64,000 bases of DNA from Acidimicrobiia bacterium (GCA_026002975.1 BPGJ01000003.1:80552-144551); one strand, 5' to 3'. Counted from the stretch's first letter, positions 1-10,277 are shown. A program made the numbers and translations. The notes: a model not told the origin generated them from the sequence alone.

Positions 1-426
1 GCCTCCCTGCCGGAGTTCAGAACCGACGCCGACCGGGAAGCCTTCATGCGTAGTCTCCGTTCGTCCCGGTATCTGGCCGAGCACCTCGACGAAGCCGCGG
101 CGCTGGTTGCGTTCCTGGTCCCCGACGTGGACCTGGCCCCGTCGGATGCCGACGGCCGGGTGGACATCGGGCCGATCTACGCCTCCGTCTACCCGGCGGT
201 GCAGAACTTCTGTTTGGCTGCTCGAGCCCTCGGGATCGGAACGGTGCTGACCACGGTGTACTGGTCGGAGATGGACCAACTCCGCCGGGTTCTCGACGTT
301 CCCGAGCGATACGTGATCGCCGCGTTGGTGCCGATGGGTCGACCTCGGGGTGCCTTCGGCGTGGCGCCTCGAAGACCGGCCGAGACAGTGACCCACTGGA
401 ACCGTTTCGGCAACCGGGAACCGTGA
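1..426 (+). CDS. nitroreductase family protein, C-terminal part (5' end lies left of the window)
   Basis: Frame 1 is open from base 1. Translation has the nitroreductase-like core NFCLAARALGIGTVLTT. Stop overlaps the next start (GTGA at 423-426). Confidence 0.7.
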   Translation, partial: ASLPEFRTDADREAFMRSLRSSRYLAEHLDEAAALVAFLVPDVDLAPSDADGRVDIGPIYASVYPAVQNFCLAARALGIGTVLTTVYWSEMDQLRRVLDVPERYVIAALVPMGRPRGAFGVAPRRPAETVTHWNRFGNREP

Positions 427-1349
427 ACACCGTCGTCGTCCCCTACTGGCAGGACCGGCCTCCCGAGGAGGCGATCGCAGTGGCGGAGAACGCGGCGCGG
501 TTCGGCTGCTCGGAGTTGTGGATGGGCGAGCTGCACCACTTCGACGCCTTCGCCCTGGCCGGCTACCTCGCGGCGGCGACCCGCGACCTCACCCTATGTG
601 TCGGTCCGCTGCCGGTGGGGGTCAGGGATCCGGTCACGTTGGCTCGTGGGGTTGCGTCGGTGGCCCGGCTGGGGAGCAGGCCTGCACGGCTGGCCCTGGG
701 GTCGGCCAACCCCACCATCGTCGAGGGATTCCATGGGCGTTCCTGGGCCGATCCCGTGTCCCGGATCGAGGAGGCGGTGAACGCCGTGCGGGTGCTCCTC
801 GAAGGGGGTCGGTATCGGGGTTATCGGTCGGCTCTGGCTCCGCAGGAATGCCACATCACCGTCGCCGGTTTCGGTCCCCGGGTCCTCGACCTGGCGGCCC
901 GGATCGCGGACCGGGTGGTCTTCAACCTGGTGACGGTGGAGCAGGCGGCCCGCCTCGCACGTAGGGTCGTCGAGATAGCCACCTCGGCCGGCCGGCCGGT
1001 ACCTGGGTTGGCGGCCTGGGTGGTGGCCGCCGTGGATCCCGGCTCGGCCACCCGAGACCAGGTCGCCGCGCAGTTGGCCCGCTATCTGGCTGCACCGGGC
1101 TATCGGGACCTCCTCGCCGAGGCCGGTTTCGGGGAGGCGGTGGCCCGGGCGAGGGCAGGCGAGCCCCTGGGGCGGATCCGAGAGCTCTTGGACGAACCGA
1201 CCCTGTCCCAGGTGGTGGCCTGGGGGAGTGAGGACCAGGTGAGATCCCGGCTGGACGCCTACCGGGAGGTAGGGGTGGAACCGGCCGTGTTGCCGGCCAC
1301 CGCCGACGACCCCGGCGGTTTACGGACGTTGCGAGCGCTAGCCATCTAG
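423..1349 (+). CDS. LLM-class (luciferase-like) F420-dependent oxidoreductase
   Basis: 308-aa ORF with GTG start overlapping the upstream stop. Luciferase-like TIM-barrel pattern (ELWMGELHHFDAFALAG, VAGFGPRVLDLAARIADRVVFN). Confidence 0.7.
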   Translation: MNTVVVPYWQDRPPEEAIAVAENAARFGCSELWMGELHHFDAFALAGYLAAATRDLTLCVGPLPVGVRDPVTLARGVASVARLGSRPARLALGSANPTIVEGFHGRSWADPVSRIEEAVNAVRVLLEGGRYRGYRSALAPQECHITVAGFGPRVLDLAARIADRVVFNLVTVEQAARLARRVVEIATSAGRPVPGLAAWVVAAVDPGSATRDQVAAQLARYLAAPGYRDLLAEAGFGEAVARARAGEPLGRIRELLDEPTLSQVVAWGSEDQVRSRLDAYREVGVEPAVLPATADDPGGLRTLRALAI

Positions 1350-2422
1350 GCGGAGTCGCGCCGCTCCTCCGCCAGCTCCAGGAGATGCTGGGCTCCTTCA
1401 CCCATGACCGCGAAGCGGGAGTCCTGGGTCTGGCCCCGCAGCCAGCGGATGTAGATCTGCTGGAGGATCACCGCGAGCTTGAAGGTTCCGAACACCAGGT
1501 ACCAGTTGAAGTCCGAAAGGTCCCTACCCGACAGCCGGGCGTAACGCTCGACCGCGTCGTCCCGATCCATGAACCCGGGGGTTTGGGTCGGCATCGGATT
1601 GAGCGAGGAAGGGACCTCTCCCTCGTCGTACCAGACCGCCATCACCGTTCCCAGGTCTGCGAGGGGATCGCCCCTCGTGCACATGTCCCAGTCGTAGACC
1701 GCGACGCATCGACCCGGGTCGTCCTCGGCCACCGCCATGTTGTCGAGACGCCAGTCGTTGTGGAGCAGGGTGGGCGGCGGTGAAGCCGGCATCCGTTCGA
1801 CCAGCCAAGAAGCGAGATGGTCGGCCAACGGGTTCTCTTCGTGTTTGGCCCGGTGCCAACGCTCCACCCATCCCCTGACCTGCCTCTCCAGGAACCCGTC
1901 GGGACGGCCCAGGTCCCCCAACCCGGCTTCTGCGGGATCGACCGCGTGGAACTCGACCAGGGTGTCCACCACGACCTCCGACAGCTTCCGGTTGGCGGTC
2001 GGGTCTCTCCCACCGCCGAACTCGGGAGGGACCACGTTCTGCACCACCACCCCTCGTCTTCGTTCCATCACGAAGAACGGGGCCCCGATCACCTCGGGGT
2101 CGTCGCAGAACAGGTACGCCCGAGGCGCCTTGGGGAACGCCCGCCACAGGGTGGACAGCACCCGATACTCCCGAGCCATGTCGTGGGCTCCCGGCGCAAC
2201 CGGACCGAGGGGAGGGCGTCGCATCACGTACTCGACGGCTCGGTCGCCCTCACCGAACCGGAGCAGGTAGGTGAGGTTGGCCTTGCCCCGGGAGAACTGT
2301 TTCACCGTGAGCGGAGCCTCCGCACCGGGGAGGCGACCTCTGAGCCAGGAGGCCAGACTGCGCTCGTCGAACCGTTCGTCGGGTCGGACGTCGATCAGTT
2401 CTGGTTCGACCGGCCCGGACAT
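1346..2422 (-). CDS. phosphotransferase (APH/choline-kinase-like) family protein
   Basis: I chose the internal start MSGPVEPELIDVRPD at 2422; the ORF-track extension to 2803 overlaps the DUF885 gene. Kinase-like motifs LLHNDWRLDNM and VYDWDMCTRGDPLADL. Confidence 0.75.
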   Translation of the reverse strand: MSGPVEPELIDVRPDERFDERSLASWLRGRLPGAEAPLTVKQFSRGKANLTYLLRFGEGDRAVEYVMRRPPLGPVAPGAHDMAREYRVLSTLWRAFPKAPRAYLFCDDPEVIGAPFFVMERRRGVVVQNVVPPEFGGGRDPTANRKLSEVVVDTLVEFHAVDPAEAGLGDLGRPDGFLERQVRGWVERWHRAKHEENPLADHLASWLVERMPASPPPTLLHNDWRLDNMAVAEDDPGRCVAVYDWDMCTRGDPLADLGTVMAVWYDEGEVPSSLNPMPTQTPGFMDRDDAVERYARLSGRDLSDFNWYLVFGTFKLAVILQQIYIRWLRGQTQDSRFAVMGEGAQHLLELAEERRDSA

Positions 2423-2449
2423 GGGCGCGAACTGTAACAACCCGTACCC

Positions 2450-4141
2450 TTGGACGGCATGGACAGCATCGACGATCTCTCCTCCCGGCTGGTAGACGAA
2501 CTGGCCGCTCTCGACCCGGTCCTGGCGACCGAGCTCGGGATTCCAGGCTACGACCACCTCTGGCCCGACATGTCGCCCGACGGTTTCGAAGCCCGGCGGG
2601 ATCTGTTCCAGCGTTACCGGTGGTCCTTCGAGCCCTACCTGGGGGATCGAGACGCCAGAACGGCGTTGGCGGCCGGGGTCCTGTGCGACTGGTTGGACGA
2701 GCGTCTCCGCCATCTGTCGGCCGGGGAGCACTTCCGGAGTCTGCGCCACATCGCCTCTCCCTTCCAAGAGATCCGCGAGATCTTCGACCAGATGCCGAAG
2801 CACACGAACGAGGATTGGGAGGCGGTGGCTTCCCGCCTACGGGCCGTCGGGGACGTGTTGGGGGGCTACCGAAGCACCCTGTCGGAAGGGATCCGCCTCG
2901 GGTTGACAGCGGCGCGTCGCCAGGTCGAGTCGGTGGTTCGACAAGCCGAGCATCTGGCCGGTCCGGAGTCGGCGTGGAACCTCCTGGCGACCTCCTGTCC
3001 CGACGACCAGCTCCTCGACCGGCCCCTCCGTTCGGCCAAGGAAGCCGTGGCCGAATTCGCCCGATGGCTGAGAGACGACTATCTGCCGGAGGCTCCGACC
3101 CGCGACGCAGTCGGCGGGGAGCGGTACGAGCGGGAGGCGGACCGGCTCGTTGGAGGGAGGGTGGATCCCGTCGAGACGTACGAGTGGGGCTGGGAGGAGA
3201 TCGCCCGGATCCGCTCGGAGATGAGCCGGACCGCCGAGGAGATCCAACCCGGCGCCCGGATCGAGGAGGTGGCGGAGCTCCTCGAGACCGACCCCGACCG
3301 TGCCGTCCACTCTCCCGAGGATCTGGTGGCGTTCGTCGAGAACCGGCTGAACGAGGCTTTGGAGAGACTGGACGGGCAGCACTTCGACGTGCCCGACCAG
3401 ATCAAGAAGGTGACGGTCCACATCGCACCGCCCGGTGGAGCCCTCGGCGCCTATTACCTGCCCCCATCCGAGGATTTCACCCGGCCGGGATCGGTCTGGT
3501 ATTCGGTCGGTTCCCGCCGCTCGTTCCCCGTCTACCAGGAGGTGTCCACCGCCTACCACGAGGGTTTCCCCGGGCATCATCTCCAGGTGGGCACCGCCAT
3601 GGTCCAGGCGGACCGGCTCACCCGAGCCCATCGGCTCCTGGTGTGGTACTCGGGTTATGGGGAAGGCTGGGCGCTATATGCCGAACGGGTCATGGAACAG
3701 CTCGGGTTCCTCGAAAAGCCCGAATACCGTTTCGGATACCTGGCCAGCCAGATCCTCAGGGCGGTGAGGGTGGTGGTCGACATCGGCCTCCATCTCGAGC
3801 TGTCCATCCCCGAGGGAGCTCCCCTCCTCGAGGGTAGGCCGTGGGACTACGAGGCCGCCGTCGACTACGTAGAACGTGTAGCCCTCCAACCCCGCGACGT
3901 GGCCGCCTCCGAGGTCACCCGCTATCTGGGGTGGCCCGGCCAGGCGATCAGCTACAAGGTGGGCGAGCGGGCGCTCCTCGACCTGAGGGAGCTGGCCGAG
4001 AGCCGCCTCGGGGAGGGGTTCGACCCGCGCTGGTTCCACCGGGTGCTGCTGGTCAACGGCGAGATGAGACTCGACAGGCTCCGCCGGTTGGTTCTCTCCG
4101 AGATCAGCAGCCGTGCCGGCGAAGAGTCGGATACGGGTTGA
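2450..4141 (+). CDS. DUF885 family protein (metallopeptidase-like)
   Basis: 563-aa ORF with the characteristic AYHEGFPGHHLQ and GYGEGWALYAE motifs. Confidence 0.8.
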   Translation: MDGMDSIDDLSSRLVDELAALDPVLATELGIPGYDHLWPDMSPDGFEARRDLFQRYRWSFEPYLGDRDARTALAAGVLCDWLDERLRHLSAGEHFRSLRHIASPFQEIREIFDQMPKHTNEDWEAVASRLRAVGDVLGGYRSTLSEGIRLGLTAARRQVESVVRQAEHLAGPESAWNLLATSCPDDQLLDRPLRSAKEAVAEFARWLRDDYLPEAPTRDAVGGERYEREADRLVGGRVDPVETYEWGWEEIARIRSEMSRTAEEIQPGARIEEVAELLETDPDRAVHSPEDLVAFVENRLNEALERLDGQHFDVPDQIKKVTVHIAPPGGALGAYYLPPSEDFTRPGSVWYSVGSRRSFPVYQEVSTAYHEGFPGHHLQVGTAMVQADRLTRAHRLLVWYSGYGEGWALYAERVMEQLGFLEKPEYRFGYLASQILRAVRVVVDIGLHLELSIPEGAPLLEGRPWDYEAAVDYVERVALQPRDVAASEVTRYLGWPGQAISYKVGERALLDLRELAESRLGEGFDPRWFHRVLLVNGEMRLDRLRRLVLSEISSRAGEESDTG

Positions 4142-5285
4142 ACGTGCGGCCGTCGACGCTCATCTCGAAGTGGAGGTGGGGTTCGGATCCTTCGGCGTTG
4201 CCGGTGCTTCCCACGTAGCCGATCACGGTCCCGGCGGCCACTCTGCCCTTCTCGCCGAACCGGTTGAGGTGGCTTCCTATGTAGGTGTATCCGTCGTCGC
4301 CTTCGAGGACGAACTGGTATCCGCCCACCGAGCCGATCTTCTGGGTCACCACCCCCGACACGGGGGCCAGTACCGGGGTGTCGAGGGGAGCGAACAGGTC
4401 GTTGCCCCGGTGGTAGCGGTTGTTCGACCTGGGGAACCCCCAGTCGTTGAAGTAGCGAGCGTCCGAGACCGGGCACACCCAGCGGCTGCCTTCGGCCACC
4501 TCGAGTTCCTGGCCCACGTAGATGCGGTCGGGGTTCGAGATGCCGTTGGCAGCGGCTAGTTCGGCGGTCGAGACACCGTACCGTCGGGCGATGGACGACA
4601 GGGTCTCGCCTGGGGCCACCCGGTGGATGACCGTGGTGGCCGTCCCTCCCGCCACCGGGGTTGGCGGTCCCCCGATGATCAGCCCGGTACCCGCGTAGAT
4701 GGTCCAAGGCTGGAGGATCCCGTTGGAGGCAGCGATCGAGTCGGGTGTCGTTCCGTAGCGGGCCGCGATCGAATACAGGGTCTCGCCGGGGCGGACCACG
4801 TGGATGGTCTCGCCCGATGTCGACCCGGCTGAGGAGCCGGGCACTACCAGCACCTGCCCGACGTAGATCCGGTTGGGATCGGAGATCCCGTTGGCTTTCG
4901 CCAGGGCGGATACCGACGTCCCGAAACGCCGGGCGATGCTCGCCAGTGTGTCCCCGGGCTGCACCCGATAGGTGGCCGATTCGGTGCCTGGGATGGTCAG
5001 AACCTGGCCTACCCGGATCAGGTCCGGGTTGGTGATCCCGTTGACTCGGGCCAGTTCGCTCACCGACACTCCATGAGCCGCGGCGATCCCCGACAGGGTG
5101 TCGCCTGGTCGCACCACGTATCCGGCGGATCCTGCCGCGACCAGACCGGCCGTCAACAGTCCCGCGAGCGCCACCGCCCATCGGGATGGCCGGGGAGCGT
5201 CCGGATGACGGAGATGTCGTCCGCGAGGTGCGATGTTTGTGGTTCGTGGCAACTCGATCCCTCCTGGATCGGTGCCCCTGACCAC
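4104..5285 (-). CDS. secreted LysM (x4) - M23 family peptidoglycan peptidase
   Basis: N-terminal TM/signal (WAVALAGLLTAGLVAAG). Four LysM repeats (Y.V.PGDTL..IA...G.....LA..NGI..P..I.VGQVL..P). C-terminal M23 motifs (HRGNDL, GSTGNAEGSEPHLHFEM). Confidence 0.85.
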   Translation of the reverse strand: MVRGTDPGGIELPRTTNIAPRGRHLRHPDAPRPSRWAVALAGLLTAGLVAAGSAGYVVRPGDTLSGIAAAHGVSVSELARVNGITNPDLIRVGQVLTIPGTESATYRVQPGDTLASIARRFGTSVSALAKANGISDPNRIYVGQVLVVPGSSAGSTSGETIHVVRPGETLYSIAARYGTTPDSIAASNGILQPWTIYAGTGLIIGGPPTPVAGGTATTVIHRVAPGETLSSIARRYGVSTAELAAANGISNPDRIYVGQELEVAEGSRWVCPVSDARYFNDWGFPRSNNRYHRGNDLFAPLDTPVLAPVSGVVTQKIGSVGGYQFVLEGDDGYTYIGSHLNRFGEKGRVAAGTVIGYVGSTGNAEGSEPHLHFEMSVDGRTFNPYPTLRRHGC

Positions 5286-5300
5286 GCCCGACGAATCACT

Positions 5301-6347
5301 CTAGTGGTCGGGACGCCCCGCGGGAAGCTTCGACCTGACACGGAGCTGCCCGCAGGCGGCGTCGATGTCGGCTCCCCGGATGTCCCGTACCGTGACCTCC
5401 ACACCGCGACTGCGTACCCGCCGGGCGAACTCCTCCACCCGGTCGGGAGGGGAGGGACGATCCTGGGACAGGGGGGTGGGGTTCAACGGGATCAGGTTCA
5501 CGTGGGCTCGGAGCCGTAGCGCGATCCGGGCCAGGCGGTCGGCCTGGTCGTCGGTGTCGTTGACCCCGTCGATGAGGGTCCATTCGATCGAGAGCCGTCG
5601 CCGCTTGGCCCGGGCGTATTCGTCGGCAGCGGCTACCAGCTCCTCCAACGGGTAACGCCGATTGATGGGCACCAGCCGGGACCTGAGCTCGTCGTCGGCG
5701 GCGTGCAGGGAAACCGCCAGTCGGATCGGCCAGGGTTCTCCGGCCAGACGGCGGATCCCGGGAACGATGCCCACCGTAGACACCGTGATCGCCCTGGCCG
5801 AGAACCCCATCACCTCGATGATCCGCCGGAGAGCCTCCCGCAGGTTTCGATAGTTGGCCAACGGCTCGCCCATTCCCATGAACACGATGTTGGTCAGGTG
5901 GTCGGATGCGCCGTGGACACCCACCGATCTGAGATAGGCCTGGGCGTAGGCGACCTGCGCGACCATCTCACCTGCGTCCAGTTGCCGCTCGAACCCGAAC
6001 TGGCCGGTTGCGCAGAAGGTGCACCCGAGTGCACAGCCGGCCTGACTCGACAGGCACAGGGTGGCCCTCCCCGGGTACCCCATGAGAACCGCCTCGATGT
6101 CCTTGGCGTCGTCGGTGCGGAACAGCCACTTGACGGTCGCCCCGCCGTCACCCACCTGCTGTCGTTCTACCCGAAACGGATAGAGGACCAGTCGTCTCCT
6201 CAGGTCCTTAGGCAGGTCGGTCATCTCCGCAGGGTCCAGGACCGGCCTCCGGTACAGCCAATCCCTGAGCTGATCGGCCCTGTACCGGGGATGGTCGGGG
6301 ACGATCTCGCCGAGCCGCTCCGGTTCGATCAGGTACAGCGGTGTCAC
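5301..6347 (-). CDS. rlmN: 23S rRNA/tRNA (adenine-C2)-methyltransferase, radical SAM
   Basis: 348 aa. Radical-SAM CALGCTFCATGQ, MGMGEPLANY and C-terminal DIDAACGQL, all typical of RlmN. Confidence 0.9.
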   Translation of the reverse strand: MTPLYLIEPERLGEIVPDHPRYRADQLRDWLYRRPVLDPAEMTDLPKDLRRRLVLYPFRVERQQVGDGGATVKWLFRTDDAKDIEAVLMGYPGRATLCLSSQAGCALGCTFCATGQFGFERQLDAGEMVAQVAYAQAYLRSVGVHGASDHLTNIVFMGMGEPLANYRNLREALRRIIEVMGFSARAITVSTVGIVPGIRRLAGEPWPIRLAVSLHAADDELRSRLVPINRRYPLEELVAAADEYARAKRRRLSIEWTLIDGVNDTDDQADRLARIALRLRAHVNLIPLNPTPLSQDRPSPPDRVEEFARRVRSRGVEVTVRDIRGADIDAACGQLRVRSKLPAGRPDH

Positions 6348-6676
6348 TTCGTGGCGATCGCCGAAGCCTCCCGGACGATGTCCTCTGCCCTGCCTATGGG
6401 GACGTCGAGGATCTCGGCCACCCGTTGGGCGTCCGTGTTGGCGAGCTGGTGGGCGGTGGCTATCCCCGCTTCTCTGAGGCGCCTGGCGAACACCGGACCG
6501 ACCCCCTTCACCTCGGTTAGCTCCGTCGGCTCGGGGGGAGGCACAACCCGGAATCTGGGAGGTTGAGGTTCACGTGGGGCCGCGATCGACACTAGCCGGT
6601 CTCTCATCGCCCAGATCAGGGCGACGATCCCGCCGACCACCCCCACCAGACGGGCGACTTTTCTCACGTTCAGCAT
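6344..6676 (-). CDS. small membrane-anchored helix-hairpin-helix protein
   Basis: 110 aa. N-terminal TM (LVGVVGGIVALIWAM), Pro-rich linker and HhH-like VKGVGPVFARRLREAGI. 4-nt overlap with the rlmN start. Confidence 0.55.
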   Translation of the reverse strand: MLNVRKVARLVGVVGGIVALIWAMRDRLVSIAAPREPQPPRFRVVPPPEPTELTEVKGVGPVFARRLREAGIATAHQLANTDAQRVAEILDVPIGRAEDIVREASAIATK

Positions 6677-6687
6677 CCTAACCCTGC

Positions 6688-7737
6688 ATGGGTCGAGCCG
6701 ATGCTCTACCGTGCGGTCCCATGAAGGTCGACTACTACCTGCCTCCCGTCCTGTTCCCTGCTGCGGCGGAGGCCGCTCGGAGGGCGGAGCGGCTCGGCTT
6801 CGACGGGTTCTTCACCGCCGAGACCACCCACGACCCGTTCCTGCCCCTGGCGGTCGCCGCCGTCGAGACGGAGCGACTCGATCTCGGCACCGCCATCGCG
6901 GTTGCCTTTCCCAGATCACCGATGGTCGTTGCTCAGACCTCATGGGATCTCGCCGCTGCCTCGCAGGGTCGGTTCATCCTCGGGCTGGGAACCCAGGTCC
7001 GGGCTCACATAACCCGGCGGTTCTCGACGACTTGGGACTCGCCGGGACCTCGCCTCCGCGACTACATCCTGTCTCTCAGGGCGATCTGGCATTCCTTCCA
7101 GACGGGCGAGCCGCTCCGCTACGAAGGGGATTTCTACCGGTTCTCGCTGCTCACACCGTTCTTCAACCCGGGTCCCATCCCCCATCCCGACGTTCCGATC
7201 GCCATCGCCGGGGTCAACCCGTACCTGTGCAGGCTGGCCGGTGAGCTCTGCCAGGGGTTCCACGTACACCCGTTCCACACCGTCGACTACCTGGACCAGG
7301 TGGTGCTTCCCGCCATCAGGGAAGGAGCCGAGGCGGCGGGCAGAGATCCCGGGGAGGTGGAGCTGATCACCACGGTGTTCGTTGTCACCGGTCGGAACCG
7401 GGACGAGATGGACCAGATGCGGGAGGCGGTGAGAAACCAGATCGCCTTCTACGCCTCGACGCCCTCGTATCGGATCGTGTTGGACACCCACGGTTGGGGG
7501 GAGATCGGAGACCGGCTGAACGCGCTGAGCCGCCGCGGTGAATGGGAGGAGATGACCCGCCTCGTTCCCGACGAGATGGTGGAGGCCGCCGCCGTCATCG
7601 CCCCTCCCGACGAGCTGGGTGAGGCGATCAAGAACCGGTACGACGGCCGGGTCCAGCGGGTCGGTTACTACTTGATGATGGGGGAGGGGATCTTCGACGA
7701 CGACCTCTGGGAGCGGGTGGTCGCGTCGACCAAGTGA
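6688..7737 (+). CDS. LLM-class F420-dependent oxidoreductase
   Basis: 349 aa. Luciferase-like pattern (ERLGFDGFFTAETTHDPFLPLA, GRFILGLGTQV). Confidence 0.8.
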   Translation: MGRADALPCGPMKVDYYLPPVLFPAAAEAARRAERLGFDGFFTAETTHDPFLPLAVAAVETERLDLGTAIAVAFPRSPMVVAQTSWDLAAASQGRFILGLGTQVRAHITRRFSTTWDSPGPRLRDYILSLRAIWHSFQTGEPLRYEGDFYRFSLLTPFFNPGPIPHPDVPIAIAGVNPYLCRLAGELCQGFHVHPFHTVDYLDQVVLPAIREGAEAAGRDPGEVELITTVFVVTGRNRDEMDQMREAVRNQIAFYASTPSYRIVLDTHGWGEIGDRLNALSRRGEWEEMTRLVPDEMVEAAAVIAPPDELGEAIKNRYDGRVQRVGYYLMMGEGIFDDDLWERVVASTK

Positions 7738-7739
7738 TC

Positions 7740-9284
7740 TCAGCGGGCGGCAGCGGCTGCCGTGTCGACCCGCGGGTCGGGTGCCCCGGTCCGCACACCC
7801 CGGGAGTCGACCGTGATGATCGACACCGGACCCCACCCGGACATCCGTGGAGCCACCTCCTCCACGCTGTGGCCTCGGCGGCGTAGACCTCTCACCACTT
7901 CGTCGGGGGTGTCGGCTTCTACTCGGATCACCCCGGTGTCGAGATCCATCCACCATCTCGGGGCGGCCTGGGCCACGTCCGGGTCCTGTCCCGACCCGAA
8001 AACCCGGGCGGCCATCTGGGCGAGGAGCTGAGGCTGCTGATCTCCTCCCCGGGTGCCGAGCAACCCGGCCAGGCGACCTTCGAGGGTCCACAGCGTGGGA
8101 GAGAGTGTGTGGAGTGGCCGCTTACCCGGCTCGAGGCGGTTGGGATCTCCGGCGTGGATGCCGAAACCCGCTCCCCGGTTGTGGAGGAGGATCCCCGTGT
8201 TCCCCGCCCCGATCCCGGATCCGACACCCCAGAAGTTGGACTGGATGAGCGAAACCCCCCAACCGTTCCTGTCGACCACGCACATGTACGCGGTGCCGCC
8301 CAGCGAGGGACCGGGGTTGGGCCAGGCGACCGCCGCGTCGGGTCGGATTCGGCTGGCCCGGTCCGCGAGCCGTGCAGGGTCGAGGAGACTGGAGGGGTCG
8401 AGGCCGGTGAAACGAGGATCTGCGGCCAGATCGCTTCGTTCCCACACCACCGACCGGTAGGCCTCGATCAGGCTGTGCCACCAGACCGGCTCTGACGGAT
8501 CGTCGGGAGGGTCGGTCTGGATGAAGACGAGGAGGGTGGCCAAGGTCAGGTATCCCTGGGAGTTGGGGGGCACGGTCCAGGCCGTCCTTCCGTAGATCGT
8601 TGTGCCGATCGGCTGCACCCACTCGGGCTGGTAGGAGGCCAGGTCGTCGAGGGTGATTCGGCCGTCCACGGCCTTCGAGATGGCATCGGCGATGGGTCCC
8701 TGGTAGAAACCGGCCGATCCCTGGTCGGCGATCGTCTCGAGCGTACGGGCCAGCAGCGGTCGCCTGATGATCTCTCCCGGTCCGGGTGGTGAGCCCCCGG
8801 GGTACATCTCGGCTCCCGACGGATGGCCGGAGAGATCCCTGGCAGCGAAGGCCCTACACAGCTCCCGCGACGCGGGGAATCCGTCGTGGGCCAGACGGAT
8901 CGCCGGAACCAGCAGGTCCGACAGAGGCAGGCTCCCAAACCTCTGGGAGAGGTGCTCCCATCCGGCCACACATCCCGGCACCGTCACGCTGAGGGGATGG
9001 AACGGAGGTATGCGATCCTCGCCTCGGAGCTCGTCGAGGTCGGCGTTGGATCCGGCCGGCCCGCTGGCGTTGATGGCGTGGGGGATCTCGACTTCGGGCT
9101 GATGGACCAGGGCGAACAGGTCCCCTCCGATCCCGCAGGTCTCCGGCGCGACCACGCCCTGCACCGCGTTCACCGCGATCGCGGCGTCCACGGCGTTTCC
9201 GCCCGCGGCCAGCACGTCCATGCCGGCTTGGACGGCCAAGAGGTGGGGGCCGACCACCAGGTCTCCCAAGCCTTGGGCGATCAC
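7740..9284 (-). CDS. ggt: gamma-glutamyltransferase
   Basis: 514 aa. GGT signature including the autoprocessing Thr context (LGGTAYMCVVDRNGWGVSLIQSNF) and C-terminal GAPDPRVD. Confidence 0.9.
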   Translation of the reverse strand: MIAQGLGDLVVGPHLLAVQAGMDVLAAGGNAVDAAIAVNAVQGVVAPETCGIGGDLFALVHQPEVEIPHAINASGPAGSNADLDELRGEDRIPPFHPLSVTVPGCVAGWEHLSQRFGSLPLSDLLVPAIRLAHDGFPASRELCRAFAARDLSGHPSGAEMYPGGSPPGPGEIIRRPLLARTLETIADQGSAGFYQGPIADAISKAVDGRITLDDLASYQPEWVQPIGTTIYGRTAWTVPPNSQGYLTLATLLVFIQTDPPDDPSEPVWWHSLIEAYRSVVWERSDLAADPRFTGLDPSSLLDPARLADRASRIRPDAAVAWPNPGPSLGGTAYMCVVDRNGWGVSLIQSNFWGVGSGIGAGNTGILLHNRGAGFGIHAGDPNRLEPGKRPLHTLSPTLWTLEGRLAGLLGTRGGDQQPQLLAQMAARVFGSGQDPDVAQAAPRWWMDLDTGVIRVEADTPDEVVRGLRRRGHSVEEVAPRMSGWGPVSIITVDSRGVRTGAPDPRVDTAAAAAR

Positions 9285-9904
9285 GAGCCTCGACGGAGAG
9301 AGGGAACTATCCGGTTGAGGGCGTCGAGCACCGCCCGGACCGTGGCCCGGGACGAGTCGCCGTTGACGAGGGCCGAGCCGACGAGCATGCGTTCCTTGTC
9401 GCCTACCACGATCACTACCTGCACGACCGCCACCTCATGGGTGCCCACCATTGGGGTGGCTACCGCCTGTACTGCGAAGGCGGCTTGGTCGTCGAGTGCT
9501 TGCTCGAGGGCCGCGATGGTCGCTTCGGCCACCAGGCGTAGCCGGGTGGAGGCGGCGGCGGGTCCGGTGGCTCGACCTACCAGTCTCTCGTCGTGCCAGG
9601 AGAGGGTCACCGTCACCGTGGTCCGCGAGCCGTCGATCTGCTCGGCCACGTCCTCCACCACCGGGCGGTCCCCGGTGATCAGGTCGGCGTTCTCGATCTG
9701 GACGATGGAGACGATCCTGCGGTCGATCTTCAACCCGTAGGCGGCCAGCGCCACCGATTCGACGTCACGGACGAGCTGCTTGGCCGGCTTCCCCGGCTGG
9801 GCGAGGATGTGGATCTCGACCGGCTCGGCGCCGTTCATCACCACCCGGGCGGCCTCCACCCCGGGTATCCGCCTGATCGTCTTCTCGAAGGAGCGCACGT
9901 CCAT
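9281..9904 (-). CDS. hypothetical protein
   Basis: 207-aa ORF with protein-like composition and a 4-nt overlap with the ggt start. I recognise no family. Confidence 0.5.
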   Translation of the reverse strand: MDVRSFEKTIRRIPGVEAARVVMNGAEPVEIHILAQPGKPAKQLVRDVESVALAAYGLKIDRRIVSIVQIENADLITGDRPVVEDVAEQIDGSRTTVTVTLSWHDERLVGRATGPAAASTRLRLVAEATIAALEQALDDQAAFAVQAVATPMVGTHEVAVVQVVIVVGDKERMLVGSALVNGDSSRATVRAVLDALNRIVPSLRRGS

Positions 9905-10187
9905 GGGTGACGAAGGCTAGTTGGGGTGTCGATCCGGTCTGGGGCTTGTCGGAAGCCTTCGTCGTGCCTAGATTGCTTCCCGTCGATCCGGGCGCATGGG
10001 GGTCGGCACAACGGAGCGGGCGGAGCAAGGGCCTCACGAGGTTGACAAGTGAGGTTTCCCGGCGTGTGCCGGGAGAGACGCGGAGGGAGCCCGACGGTCC
10101 ACGAGCCAACCACACCCACAGCGGAGCGGAGAAGACCCTCCGGGGACGAGAGGACCCGGCGGAAATCCATGCAGAGGGTGATGTCGC

Positions 10188-10277
10188 ATGAAGGGCAAGA
10201 TCGTCCGGATCGTTGCGACCCTCGGCGGCCTCGCCATGATGATCGTGGCGGGTTCCGCCAGTCTGAAGATCGGCTGA
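10188..10277 (+). CDS. candidate 29-aa single-TM mini-protein (MKGKIVRIVATLGGLAMMIVAGSASLKIG)
   Basis: ATG preceded by GAGGG about 9 nt upstream. Hydrophobic core flanked by Lys. Ends 36 nt before the HD-domain gene. Not in the ORF track (too short). Confidence 0.25.
   Translation: MKGKIVRIVATLGGLAMMIVAGSASLKIG

Noticed and set aside
9905-10187. c-di-GMP (GEMM-I) or c-di-AMP (ydaO) riboswitch call upstream of the HD-domain genes
   Set aside because: There are only loose matches to short conserved strings, and no consistent secondary structure could be built by hand. It is reported as an open question, not as a feature.
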